From positions 2,779-66,778 of the forward strand of contig CAYJQC010000024.1 of the NCBI GenBank assembly GCA_964372215.1: a stretch of DNA of 64,000 nucleotides, in the 5' to 3' direction. This document shows, piece after piece, positions 10,035 to 20,862 of the stretch. Every line of letters begins with the position of its first letter. The stretch's first letter is position 1. A program made the position numbers and the translations under genes. Below the pieces are notes generated by a model. That model saw only the letters and a program-made list of their open reading frames with translations. It made no database searches and was not told the origin of the DNA. The stretch is from an uncultured Rhodospirillaceae bacterium. Lineage in GTDB: Bacteria > Pseudomonadota > Alphaproteobacteria > Dongiales > Dongiaceae.

Positions 10035-10850
10035 ATGACCACTACGGACAGCCTCCCGCCCGCCTTTCCCGAGATACTAGCACGCGACGACGGGTCGACA
10101 ATCGCGTACCGCCGGCGGTCGGCGGCCGGCGACGGCGCCGGGTGGCCGGGGATCGTCTTCCTGGGCGGCTTCGCCTCGGACATGGGCGGCACCAAGGCCG
10201 AGGCGATCGATCGGTTCTGCCGCGATCGCGGCCAGGCGTTCCTGCGGTTCGACTATCTCGGCCACGGCCAGTCCTCCGGCAGCTTCGCCGAGGGCACCAT
10301 CGGACGCTGGACCGAGGATGCGATCGCGGTGCTCGACACGCTCGCCCGCGGCCCGCAGATCCTGGTCGGATCGTCGATGGGCGGCTGGATCGCGCTCAAC
10401 CTGGCGCTGGCGCGGCCCGCGCGCATCGCCGCGCTGGTCGGCATCGCCGCCGCGCCTGACTTCACCGAGGAGATCTGGCGCGGGCTCGGCGCCCAGGGCC
10501 AGGCGCGGCTGCTGCAGGACGGGCAGGTGTTCCTGCCGTCCGACTACAGCGCCGCGCCCTATCCGATCACCCGGGCGTTGATCGAGGACGGCCGCAAGCA
10601 TCTGCGGCTCCAGGCGCCGCTGCCGATCGCCTGCCCGGTGCGGCTGGTCCAGGGCATGGCCGACACCGAGGTGCCGTGGCGGACCGCGCTCGGGGTCGTC
10701 GAGGCGATCGCGGGCGGCGACGTGCAGCTGACCCTGATCAAGGACGGCGACCATCGGCTGTCGCGCGATCAGGACCTCGACCTGATGTTCAGGATCCTGG
10801 CCCGGCTTTCAGGCAAGCTACGAGACCGCTGCGATAGTCGGGATGGCTGA
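10035..10850 (+). CDS. alpha/beta hydrolase
   Basis: 271 aa from ATG 10035. GSSMGG nucleophile elbow and a late DGDHRL His motif. The rest of the 602-aa track ORF is antisense shadow of the glycosyltransferase. Confidence 0.8.
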   Translation: MTTTDSLPPAFPEILARDDGSTIAYRRRSAAGDGAGWPGIVFLGGFASDMGGTKAEAIDRFCRDRGQAFLRFDYLGHGQSSGSFAEGTIGRWTEDAIAVLDTLARGPQILVGSSMGGWIALNLALARPARIAALVGIAAAPDFTEEIWRGLGAQGQARLLQDGQVFLPSDYSAAPYPITRALIEDGRKHLRLQAPLPIACPVRLVQGMADTEVPWRTALGVVEAIAGGDVQLTLIKDGDHRLSRDQDLDLMFRILARLSGKLRDRCDSRDG

Positions 10851-11679
10851 GGGCGACGCCGAGCTCGGACTTGATGCGGTCGTTGCGCACCCGCTTGCTG
10901 TCGGCGTAGAAGCTGCGCGCCATCGGCGACAGCGCCGCCTGATCGAGCGGCTGCGCCGGCGGCGGCGCCATGCCGATCAGGCCGGCGGCGTACTCGATGA
11001 CCTCGGCCGGGGACGCCGGCGCATCGTCGCAGACATTGTAGACGGCACCCGGATTGGGCCGCGCCATCGAGGCGCGCAGCACCGCGACGATGTCGTCGAC
11101 ATGGATGCGGCTGAACACCTGGCCGGGCTTGACCACCCGCTTCGCGGTGCCGGCGCGCAGGCTGTCGATCGCGCTGCGGCCGGGGCCGTAGATCCCGGCC
11201 AGGCGGAAGACCTGCACCGCCAGGCCGTAGCGATGCCAGACGTCGAGCCAGGCGTCCTCGGCGGCGGCGCGGCGCAAACCGCGTTCGCTGGTCGGCGTGA
11301 GCTCGCTGTTCTCGTCGACCCAGTCGCCGCGGCGGTCGCCATAGACGCCGGTGGTCGAGAGATAGCCGATCCAGTCGACGCTCTCGATCGCCGCGATGGC
11401 GTCCTCGTGCCGCGCCAGCACGACATCGCCGGCTTCGCCCGGCGGCACCGAGACCAGCAGATGGGTGGTGCCGGCGAGCGCCGCCGCCGGATCGGCGAGC
11501 GGCCGGCCGTCGTCGAAGGGATGGGCCTCGATGCCGCGCGCGGCGAGCGCCGCCGCCTTGTCCGGCCCGCGGCAGGTTCCGGCGACGCGCCAGCCATCGG
11601 CCTGCAGGGCGGCGGCCAGATGCAGCGCGCAATAGCCGAGGCCGAAGCAGAACAGGCGCGGAGCGGGAGCAGCGGTCAT
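10789..11679 (-). CDS. NAD(P)-dependent SDR/epimerase-family oxidoreductase
   Basis: 296 aa from ATG 11679. Rossmann-like N-terminus (LFCFGLGYCALHLA) and YLSTTGVYG motif. Its 3' end overlaps the convergent hydrolase gene by 62 nt. Confidence 0.75.
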   Translation of the reverse strand: MTAAPAPRLFCFGLGYCALHLAAALQADGWRVAGTCRGPDKAAALAARGIEAHPFDDGRPLADPAAALAGTTHLLVSVPPGEAGDVVLARHEDAIAAIESVDWIGYLSTTGVYGDRRGDWVDENSELTPTSERGLRRAAAEDAWLDVWHRYGLAVQVFRLAGIYGPGRSAIDSLRAGTAKRVVKPGQVFSRIHVDDIVAVLRASMARPNPGAVYNVCDDAPASPAEVIEYAAGLIGMAPPPAQPLDQAALSPMARSFYADSKRVRNDRIKSELGVALSHPDYRSGLVACLKAGPGS

Positions 11680-11777
11680 CGGCTTGATTTCGCGGCGGGG
11701 GGTGGCTTGCAATTCCGGGCCGGAGAGACGAGCTTGGGAACGCGAACATAGGCATCCCCGACGCCTCCGGCAAGCAC

Positions 11778-12581
11778 ATGCGTTACAACCGTTTCCCGCA
11801 TTTCCTCGGCCTCTGCGCCGCGCTCGCCGCGGCGGCGGCGTCCGGCAGCGCGCCGGCGCAGCAGGCCGGCAGCAGCGACGCCGAGCGCACGGCGGAATAT
11901 GCGAATGCCCAGGAATATGCCGACTGCATGGCGCTGGCGATGCGCGTGCCGGAGGACGCGCTGAGCAGCGCCGAGGCGTGGGAGCAGCGCGGCGGCGGCG
12001 ACCCGGCGCGGCATTGCATCGCGGTCGCGCTGATCGGCATGGGCCAGTTCGCCGAGGCGGCGGAGCGCATGGAGCGGCTGGCGGCGTCGATGCCGGCCGA
12101 CAACGCCGCGCTCGCCGCCCAGGCCCTGGTCCAGGCCGGCGTCGCCTGGCAGAGCATCGACATGTACGAGCGCGCGCTGGCGGCGCAGACCGCGGCGCTG
12201 CGGCTCGCGCCCGACGATGTCGGCATCTTCGTCGACCGCAGCGCCAGCCAGTTCGGACTCGGGCACTGCTGGGAAGCGATCGACGATCTCAACGAGGCGC
12301 ACCAGCGGGCGCCCGAACGGGTCGACGTGCTGGTGCTGCGCTCCAGCGCCTATCGCTGCGTCGAGGCCTTCGATCTGGCCGACGACGACATCGCGCGCGC
12401 GCTGCTGCTGAAGCCCGACGATTCGGAGGCGCTGCTCGAGCGCGGGTCGATCCGCTATGCCACCGGCGACCCGGGCGGCGCGCGCGCCGACTGGCTGCAG
12501 GTCGCCCGGCAGGCCGCCGGCACGCCGGCAGCCGACGTGGCGCAAATGAATCTCGAACGCCTCGACCTCAACAGCCAGTAG
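11778..12581 (+). CDS. secreted TPR-repeat protein
   Basis: 267 aa. Signal-like N-terminus (LGLCAALAAAAASGSAPA) followed by helical Ala/Leu-rich TPR-like repeats. Confidence 0.65.
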   Translation: MRYNRFPHFLGLCAALAAAAASGSAPAQQAGSSDAERTAEYANAQEYADCMALAMRVPEDALSSAEAWEQRGGGDPARHCIAVALIGMGQFAEAAERMERLAASMPADNAALAAQALVQAGVAWQSIDMYERALAAQTAALRLAPDDVGIFVDRSASQFGLGHCWEAIDDLNEAHQRAPERVDVLVLRSSAYRCVEAFDLADDDIARALLLKPDDSEALLERGSIRYATGDPGGARADWLQVARQAAGTPAADVAQMNLERLDLNSQ

Positions 12582-12599
12582 CGCCGGCCGCCAGACCGC

Positions 12600-12932
12600 T
12601 CAGGAGCGGAACATGCCCTTGCTGCGGGCGCGACCGCACAGGCTGCCGAGCGCCAGCAGCGCGATGCCGGGCAGCACGAAGGCCAGCCAGGCCGGCGCCT
12701 CCAGAATCGTCGTCATCACCGGGTCCCACAGGAACGGCGAGACGTGGCGTTCCAGCGCCGGCTGGATCAGCAGCAGGCTGTCCTTGTGAAGATCGAACCA
12801 GACCTGGCCCAAGGGAACGCTTTCCCAGGCGCCGGCGTCGAGCCAGGCGAGGCCGTCGCGCACCGTGACCGCGACGGCAGCCAGAATCAGCAGCCAGGCG
12901 ATCGCCCGGATCAGCCAGCACAGGGCCCGCAT
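12600..12932 (-). CDS. small membrane protein, unknown function
   Basis: 110 aa from ATG 12932 (MRALCWLIRAIAWLLILAAVAV...) with two hydrophobic segments and good GC3. Confidence 0.5.
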   Translation of the reverse strand: MRALCWLIRAIAWLLILAAVAVTVRDGLAWLDAGAWESVPLGQVWFDLHKDSLLLIQPALERHVSPFLWDPVMTTILEAPAWLAFVLPGIALLALGSLCGRARSKGMFRS

Positions 12933-13144
12933 GGCGCTCTCCTGCCCTCCAACCGCGCCCGGCCCCCCGGCCCGGCGCGCGGCGCGACCACAATAGCGCG
13001 TGATGGATGCCGCGCAACCGGGCACTGGGCCGCCTGCGGCAATGCGCGCCGCCGCCCTGCCCTATTGCTGCCGCAGTGGCGGAATAAGGACAGTTGAAAA
13101 TTGTTGTTGGTGACGTGACATAGAATTCGAAGGGAGACCACTTC

Positions 13145-13594
13145 ATGCCTCTGCCCGTCAGCCCGGTCGGCTGCCCGATGGATTCGCTGCTGCGGCTGCT
13201 GATGGGGCCGTGGACCACCTACATCCTGTGGGTCCTGCGCGGCAACGGCCCGACCCGCTTCGGCGAATTGAAGCGGCGGGTGGCCGGCGTGTCGGCCAAG
13301 ATGCTGACCGAGCGGCTCCGCATGCTGGAGGATGCCGGCGTGGTGTTCCGCGACTATCAGCCGACGGTGCCGCCCCAGGTGACCTACGGCCTGACCGCCC
13401 GGGGCGAGGAACTGCGCCAGGTGCTGGACGACCTGTCCGGCCTGGCGCGGCGCTGGCAAACGGCCGATGGCGCCGCCATCGCGGTCATGCCGTCCGGCAC
13501 CGGGCGGGATCGGGGGCGGGACCGCACCGCCCCGGAACGCCGGCCGGACGACCGGGCCGGCGCCGGACGACCGCTGGCCCCGGCGGCCGAATAG
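13145..13594 (+). CDS. HxlR-family winged-helix transcriptional regulator
   Basis: CPMDSLLRLLMGPWTTYILWVLRGNGPTRFGELKRRVAGVSAKMLTERLRMLEDAGVV is the HxlR signature. Disordered Arg/Asp-rich tail. Confidence 0.85.
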   Translation: MPLPVSPVGCPMDSLLRLLMGPWTTYILWVLRGNGPTRFGELKRRVAGVSAKMLTERLRMLEDAGVVFRDYQPTVPPQVTYGLTARGEELRQVLDDLSGLARRWQTADGAAIAVMPSGTGRDRGRDRTAPERRPDDRAGAGRPLAPAAE

Positions 13595-13712
13595 GCGGCC
13601 GGCCCGGCTGCGCGCCGGGCCGTGTTGCATCGATCCATCGCCCGCGATAGTTTTCCCGCCCCCGGCCAGCCACCGGGGGACCGGCCCGGCGGGCCGGCCT
13701 GCCGGTGCGCCT

Positions 13713-13802
13713 GGAGGGGTGGCCGAGTGGCTTAAGGCACACGCTTGGAAAGCGTGCATACGGTAAAACGTATCGCGGGTTCGAATCCCGCCCCCTCCGC
13801 CA
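13713..13802 (+). tRNA. tRNA-Ser (anticodon GGA)
   Basis: 90 nt. Acceptor GGAGGGG/CCCCTCC, anticodon stem CACGC/GCGTG with loop TTGGAAA (GGA at 13747-13749). Long variable arm ATACG-GTAAAA-CGTAT, T-arm GCGGG-TTCGAAT-CCCGC, encoded CCA. Confidence 0.95.
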
Positions 13803-13838
13803 CGACACAACGGGGCCCGCCGGGCCCCGTTGTGTCGT
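13802..13838 (+). terminator. perfect 17-bp hairpin directly after the tRNA
   Basis: ACGACACAACGGGGCCC, loop gcc, GGGCCCCGTTGTGTCGT. No U-tract follows. Confidence 0.5.
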
Positions 13839-14220
13839 GCGCCATGGCCCGAGACCGCCGAGCGCCTGCGCCGGAGTCGTCCGCAGGGAAGGTGTTCTGC
13901 GGCGCACCTCTTGCTCCTCCGTTCCAACCAAGTACATCCGCGCGACGTCACAGCCGCGAACGCGGATGCTGTCCGGTTCGATCGTTCCCCATTGCGTGGT
14001 GTAAGAGCTGCGATGATGTCGCGCTCTCCGACGGGTCCGCGGGACATGCCTATAAGTACCTCATGTCCACCCAATACCAATTGCCCTCACTCCCTATACT
14101 TTTGCGTCTCGCCAAATTCAGTCCGCTAAACAGCCCTTTTATCTTCTGGCTTGATACTCAGTATCATTCTGCGTCCCTGAAGCTCGGGTATCGCGATGGA
14201 TCTCGGCATGAGAATCGGAA

Positions 14221-16851
14221 ATGGCAAGTCGTCAAAACAATAAAACTCCGTATCTAAAGCGAAATTGCGGATCTCTATGTCGCTTGCGTCTGGAAAGCAT
14301 TGCGATATTCCTTGTGTTCGCGGGCTCCATTATTGTATTCGAGATATCCGGCATTAGAAATCGTCTCGAGGGCGATCTCCATCAGAACGTGATTCATGGT
14401 TCGTATATCGAACCGTCTCTTTTTCCGATCCTGGCCGCGCTGTTCGGCGCCCTGCTCGTCAACTTGCTCTACATGTATCGCGCCGCCGGACACAGCGAGG
14501 CGCGGCGCGACGACGCCGAGAATGCCGCCGAACAGCACAAGCGGCGCCTGGAGGATTTCGCCCAGAGCACCAGCGAATGGCTGTGGGAGACCGACGTCGA
14601 CGGGCGATTCATCTACGTCTCCGCCAAGTTCGAAGAGGTCACGGGCATTTCCCAGGACCAGGTGATCGGCCGCTTCCGCGACGACTTCTCCTGTTTGCCC
14701 GGCGAGTCGAGCTGGCAGATCGAGCGCATCAACGACGCGATGAAGGCCCGCCAGCCCTTCCAGGACGCGACCTATCAGGTCGCGACGCCGGCCGGGCGGA
14801 ACCTGTGGGTCCGGACCAGCGGCTTGCCGCAGTTCGACGACGCCGGCGAGTTCGTCGGCTATCGCGGCACCGCCTCGGACGCGACCTCCGAGCACGAACT
14901 GCGCCGGTCGAGCGAGGAATCGCACGCACACTTCCTGGCGGCGCTCGATGCGCTGCCCGCATCGGTGCTGCTCTACGACACCGAAGGCAAGCTGCGGTCG
15001 TGGAACGCGGCGGTCGGCGCCTATTTCCGCGATGTCGCCGATCAGATCGTCTCGGGCAGCACGTTCCAGGCGTTCGCAGCAACCGCCTGCGAACGACAGG
15101 CGTTCCTGTTCACGGATGCCGAGGAATGGGTCGCCGCGCGGGTCCGGGCCTATGAAGAGGGCAGGCAGGACGAGATCGTTCAGCTCCGGGACGGGCGCTG
15201 GCTTCAGGCCAGTCACTCCCGAACCACCTTCGGGGGCGCGGTCACCATCTGGGTCGACGTGACGGCGCTGGTCGAGCGCGAGCAGGCGCTGTCGCGCAAG
15301 ACGGCGCTGCTCGATGCGATCATGGAAAACATGCACCAGGCGGTCTGCGTCTATGACGAGAATCGGCGCCTGGCGCTGTGGAATACCAGGTTCTGCGAGC
15401 TTCTGAAGCTGCCGGAGGAGCACGCCGCGGTCGGGCAGCCGATGCTCGACATCGTCAAGCACGTCTTCTCCAAGCAGATGGCGGACCCGGACGCGGCCGA
15501 TCGGCTTGCCAACGACATCGTCCAGAACGGCCTGGAAGATGTCGTCGAACGCGCCATGCCGGATGGCAGCACGGTCGAGATTCGGACCGGCACCATGCCC
15601 GATGGCGGCCAGATCAAGACCTTCACGGACGTCACCCGGCGCAAGGCCGCGGAGCTGCAGCTTCGCCAGTCGCAGAAGATGGATGCGATCGGCCAGCTGG
15701 CGGGCGGCATGGCCCACGAGTTCAACAATCTTCTGACCGCCATCGGCGGTTTCGCGCGCATGGCCCAGCGCAAGGTCGAACAGCCGGTGTTCGTGGCGGA
15801 TTGCCTGTGCGAGGTGGTCACGGCGGCCGATCACGCCGCCGAACTGACGGGCCAGATGCTGGCGTACAGCCGCAAGCAGGTGTCGGAAACCAGGGTCGTC
15901 GACGTCGATCATGCCGTCGGCGGGCTGGCGAAGCTGCTGCAGCCGCTGCTGGGCGAGCGGGTCGAGCTCGAGTTCGCCCTGGCCGGCGACGGGGCCCACG
16001 CGCGCGTCGATCCCGGACAGATAACGCAATCGATCATCAACCTGGCCATCAATGCCCGCGACGCCATGCCCGAGGGCGGGCGCCTGGTGATCGGTACCGG
16101 GCTGGTGACGCTGCCCGACGATTTCAGCGCGACCCATCTCGGCCAGAGCGGCGGCGCGTATTGCAGCATGTACGTCAAGGACACCGGAACCGGCATCAAC
16201 GAGGACCATCTGTCGCGCATTTTCGAGCCGTTCTTCACCACCAAGGAACAGGGTCAGGGCACCGGCCTCGGCCTTGCCGTCGTCTACGGCCTGATGGAAC
16301 AGGCCGGCGGAATGATCGATGTGCGCTCGACGGTCGGCGTCGGAACCATCTTCACGCTGTATCTGCCCGCGGTGTTCGAGGACGTGTCGGAGCGCGCGAT
16401 GCCCAATCCCGACAGCGACGAGCTGGCGCCAAAGCGCGCCACCGTTCTGCTGGTCGAGGACGACGATGCGGTGCGCCGCTATGTCCGGATGGAGCTGGAA
16501 AGCGTGGGCTACGACGTGATCACGGCGGTCAACGGCAAGAACGCGATCGACGAGGCCCGGAGCCTTGGCGACCGCTCGATCGACATCCTTCTGTCGGACG
16601 TCGTGATGCCGGTCATGGGCGGAGTCGCCGCCGCCCGCGTCCTGACCGCCGAGCGCCCCGACCTGAAGGTGGTCTACATGACCGGCTATCCGCAGCGTGG
16701 CGCCGCCGCGATGGACGACTTCGAGGACGGCGCCACGATTCTCTACAAGCCAGTGACCCGGAACGATCTCGCGCACACCCTCGCGGCGGTGCTGTCGGGA
16801 TCGGCCGGGCCATGCCCAATCGGTGACGAAGGAGTGCTGGTCGATGTCTGA
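14221..16851 (+). CDS. hybrid sensor histidine kinase/response regulator with PAS domains
   Basis: 876 aa. Two N-terminal TM segments, PAS-like repeats, H-box (GMAHEFNNLLTAIGG), HATPase (GTGLGLAVVYG) and a C-terminal receiver (VLLVEDDD...LLSDVVMPVMGG). The start is uncertain because the first ~60 codons lie in AT-richer DNA. Confidence 0.85.
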   Translation: MASRQNNKTPYLKRNCGSLCRLRLESIAIFLVFAGSIIVFEISGIRNRLEGDLHQNVIHGSYIEPSLFPILAALFGALLVNLLYMYRAAGHSEARRDDAENAAEQHKRRLEDFAQSTSEWLWETDVDGRFIYVSAKFEEVTGISQDQVIGRFRDDFSCLPGESSWQIERINDAMKARQPFQDATYQVATPAGRNLWVRTSGLPQFDDAGEFVGYRGTASDATSEHELRRSSEESHAHFLAALDALPASVLLYDTEGKLRSWNAAVGAYFRDVADQIVSGSTFQAFAATACERQAFLFTDAEEWVAARVRAYEEGRQDEIVQLRDGRWLQASHSRTTFGGAVTIWVDVTALVEREQALSRKTALLDAIMENMHQAVCVYDENRRLALWNTRFCELLKLPEEHAAVGQPMLDIVKHVFSKQMADPDAADRLANDIVQNGLEDVVERAMPDGSTVEIRTGTMPDGGQIKTFTDVTRRKAAELQLRQSQKMDAIGQLAGGMAHEFNNLLTAIGGFARMAQRKVEQPVFVADCLCEVVTAADHAAELTGQMLAYSRKQVSETRVVDVDHAVGGLAKLLQPLLGERVELEFALAGDGAHARVDPGQITQSIINLAINARDAMPEGGRLVIGTGLVTLPDDFSATHLGQSGGAYCSMYVKDTGTGINEDHLSRIFEPFFTTKEQGQGTGLGLAVVYGLMEQAGGMIDVRSTVGVGTIFTLYLPAVFEDVSERAMPNPDSDELAPKRATVLLVEDDDAVRRYVRMELESVGYDVITAVNGKNAIDEARSLGDRSIDILLSDVVMPVMGGVAAARVLTAERPDLKVVYMTGYPQRGAAAMDDFEDGATILYKPVTRNDLAHTLAAVLSGSAGPCPIGDEGVLVDV

Positions 16852-17266
16852 AGCTCTGCTGGATGTTCAAAAGATCAGGTTGCTGGTGGTCGACGACAAC
16901 CCTCAGGCCCTGCGGCTCGTGCGCATGCTGCTGCACGACATCGGCTGCACGCAGGTCTATACGGCCAAGGACGGGCGCGAGGCGCTGGATTTCCTCGGCT
17001 CGTGCGACGAGCTGGTCGACGCCGTGATCTCCGACTGGAACATGCCGCGGATGGCGGGAATCGAGCTGCTGAAGCAGATCCGCACCGTCTTCCCGGACAT
17101 GCCGTTCCTGATGCTCACCGGCCGCGCGACGATCGAAGCCGTCAAGGAGGCGCGCACCCACGGCGTCACCGCCTATCTGGCAAAGCCGTTCTCGCCGGAT
17201 CAGCTACAACAGAAGATCCTGCACCTGATTCGCAACCTGCAGCAGGTCCCGGTCGGCATGATGTGA
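16844..17266 (+). CDS. single-domain CheY-like response regulator
   Basis: 140 aa from ATG 16844 (GAAGGAG upstream). ATGTCTGA overlaps the kinase stop. Receiver motifs LLVVDDN, ISDWNMPRMAG, AYLAKPF. Confidence 0.85.
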   Translation: MSEALLDVQKIRLLVVDDNPQALRLVRMLLHDIGCTQVYTAKDGREALDFLGSCDELVDAVISDWNMPRMAGIELLKQIRTVFPDMPFLMLTGRATIEAVKEARTHGVTAYLAKPFSPDQLQQKILHLIRNLQQVPVGMM

Positions 17267-17393
17267 GGACGCCGGGGCGCCGGGGTGAGGCCGGCCGCCG
17301 ACCACCATGTCTGCCTGGACCGCTCGGGCCAAGCGCGGATAGGATATAGGTCTCGCCGCATTTCCGACCGGTTTCACGGCTAGAACCGGCGCC

Positions 17394-18089
17394 ATGAGTG
17401 GACGGCGATGGCGCGGATATCTGGCGGCGGCGGCTGTCGCAGTGGTGCTGCTGTGGATCGGACTGCCGCAGATTCCGCCGCGCTGGAATCCCTGGGCGCC
17501 GATCCGGCTTGCCGAGGCGCCCGGCTTCCTCACCAGCTTCAAGCTTCAAAATCTGCGGGACGATCCGGCCGCATGCCGCGCCATTCTCGACGCCGCCGGG
17601 TTCGTCTACCGGGACTTGCCGGACCAGGTCACCGGTCCGGGCTGCGGGTTCCATGACGCCGTCCGGATCGAGCGATCTGCCGTCGCCTATGGCGGCGGCT
17701 TCGCCGCGACCTGCCCGCTGGCGGCCGGCCTCGCGTTGTTCGAGCGCCACGTTCTGCAACCGGCGGCGCAGGCCGCGTTCGGCGAGTCGGTGGTGGCGGT
17801 CGACCATCTCGGCAGCTATGCCTGCCGCAACATGAACAACCGCAACGCCGGGCGGCGCAGCCAGCACGCGACCGCGAACGCCCTCGACATCGCCGGCGTC
17901 GTGCTGGCGGATGGCGCGCGGGTGACGTTGACCCAGGACTGGGACGGCGGCGGCGCGAAGGCCGCGTTCCTGCACCGGCTGCACGACGACGGCTGTGCGA
18001 TCTTCAGCGTGGTGCTGGGCCCCGATCACGACGCCGCCCATCGCAGCCATCTGCATGTCGATCTCGGCGGCTTGACCTATTGCCGCTGA
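17394..18089 (+). CDS. extensin-like C-terminal domain family protein
   Basis: 231 aa. N-terminal TM/signal, conserved Cys pattern and SQHATANALDIAGVVLADG motif characteristic of the bacterial extensin-like family. Confidence 0.75.
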   Translation: MSGRRWRGYLAAAAVAVVLLWIGLPQIPPRWNPWAPIRLAEAPGFLTSFKLQNLRDDPAACRAILDAAGFVYRDLPDQVTGPGCGFHDAVRIERSAVAYGGGFAATCPLAAGLALFERHVLQPAAQAAFGESVVAVDHLGSYACRNMNNRNAGRRSQHATANALDIAGVVLADGARVTLTQDWDGGGAKAAFLHRLHDDGCAIFSVVLGPDHDAAHRSHLHVDLGGLTYCR

Positions 18090-18108
18090 GGGCGGCTGAC
18101 GCGGAGTC

Positions 18109-19965
<1,857 letters not shown>

Positions 19966-20175
19966 GACAGCGCCTCGAGCTGCGGCGTCGACGGGAAGGG
20001 TTCGCGAATCGGGTGGGACCGGAGAACGAAGCTAGTCCCGATGGCGGCGCGACGCAATGCGGCCGGACGATCCGCTGCGCTGCAGTCGCCTGTTGCCGAT
20101 CGGCTGGCTTTGCGCGGCTGGCATGGCCGCCGGGAATCCGCGAGAATGGCGCTCATCGCGACACGGGAGCGAGCC

Positions 20176-20652
20176 ATGCGACTCGACGGTTCATGCCATT
20201 GCGGCGCGGTGCGATTCTCGGTCGAGGCCTATGCGCCGGTGCCTTTCCTGCGCTGCTACTGCTCGATCTGCCGCAAGACGGCGGGCGGCGGCGGCTACGC
20301 CATCAACCTCGGCGCCCGGGCCGACACGCTGCACGTCACCGGCCGCAAGCACATCGCCATGTTCCACGCTGTGATCGACGGCGCGGAGAGCGAAGGCGAA
20401 CGGCGCTTCTGCAAGCGTTGCGGCGCGGCGCTCTGGGTCTCCGACCCGCGCTGGCCGGAGCTGGTGCATCCCTTCGTCAGCGCCATCGACACGGCTCTGC
20501 CCGAGGCGCCCGAGCAGGTCCACATGATGCTGGGATCGAAGGCGAACTGGGTGCGGGTCGACGCCAAGCGCGGGGAAGCGCGGTTCGACGACTATCCCGA
20601 GCAGTCGCTCGAGGACTGGCACCGCGCCCACGGCCTGCTCGACGAGAGCTGA
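20176..20652 (+). CDS. GFA/CENP-V family protein
   Basis: Cys motifs GSCHCGAVRF, CYCSICRK, FCKRCG. ATG 20176 has GGGAG upstream. An alternative ATG lies at 20146. Confidence 0.8.
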   Translation: MRLDGSCHCGAVRFSVEAYAPVPFLRCYCSICRKTAGGGGYAINLGARADTLHVTGRKHIAMFHAVIDGAESEGERRFCKRCGAALWVSDPRWPELVHPFVSAIDTALPEAPEQVHMMLGSKANWVRVDAKRGEARFDDYPEQSLEDWHRAHGLLDES

Positions 20653-20675
20653 CCCGCGCCGGCCCGGCCTCGGGC

Positions 20676-20861
20676 TCAGTCGCCCTTGTGCTCGGGCAGC
20701 CCCTTGCGCCTGGTCGCGGCGAATTCCTCGAGCTGCGCCTCGCTCATCGAGTCGTACATTTCCTTCGACGCGCCCTTGAGCTCGGAGACCTCGATCTCGC
20801 CGCGCTTGGCGGCCAGCGCCGCGCCCGCGGCCATCTGCTGCGCCTTCGATCGCGCCGGCAT
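20676..20861 (-). CDS. DUF3008-family small protein
   Basis: 61 aa, MPARSKAQQMAAGAALAAKRGE...LKGASKEMYDSMSEAQLEEFA, matching my memory of DUF3008. The start lies 1 nt after the stop of the EEP gene. Confidence 0.7.
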   Translation of the reverse strand: MPARSKAQQMAAGAALAAKRGEIEVSELKGASKEMYDSMSEAQLEEFAATRRKGLPEHKGD

Positions 20862-20862
20862 G

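Noticed and set aside
9042-10850. 602-aa ORF for the alpha/beta hydrolase
   Set aside because: The first ~330 codons are antisense to the glycosyltransferase gene and look like nonsense. The hydrolase sequence begins at ATG 10035.
13026-13144. sigma70 promoter TTGAAA ... TAGAAT upstream of the HxlR gene
   Set aside because: The spacer between the hexamers is 21 nt by my count, too long for a standard promoter. Alternative -35 choices give spacers that are too short.
14275-16776. 833-aa minus-strand ORF opposite the histidine kinase
   Set aside because: Antisense shadow. The plus-strand frame has unambiguous PAS, HisKA, HATPase and receiver motifs.
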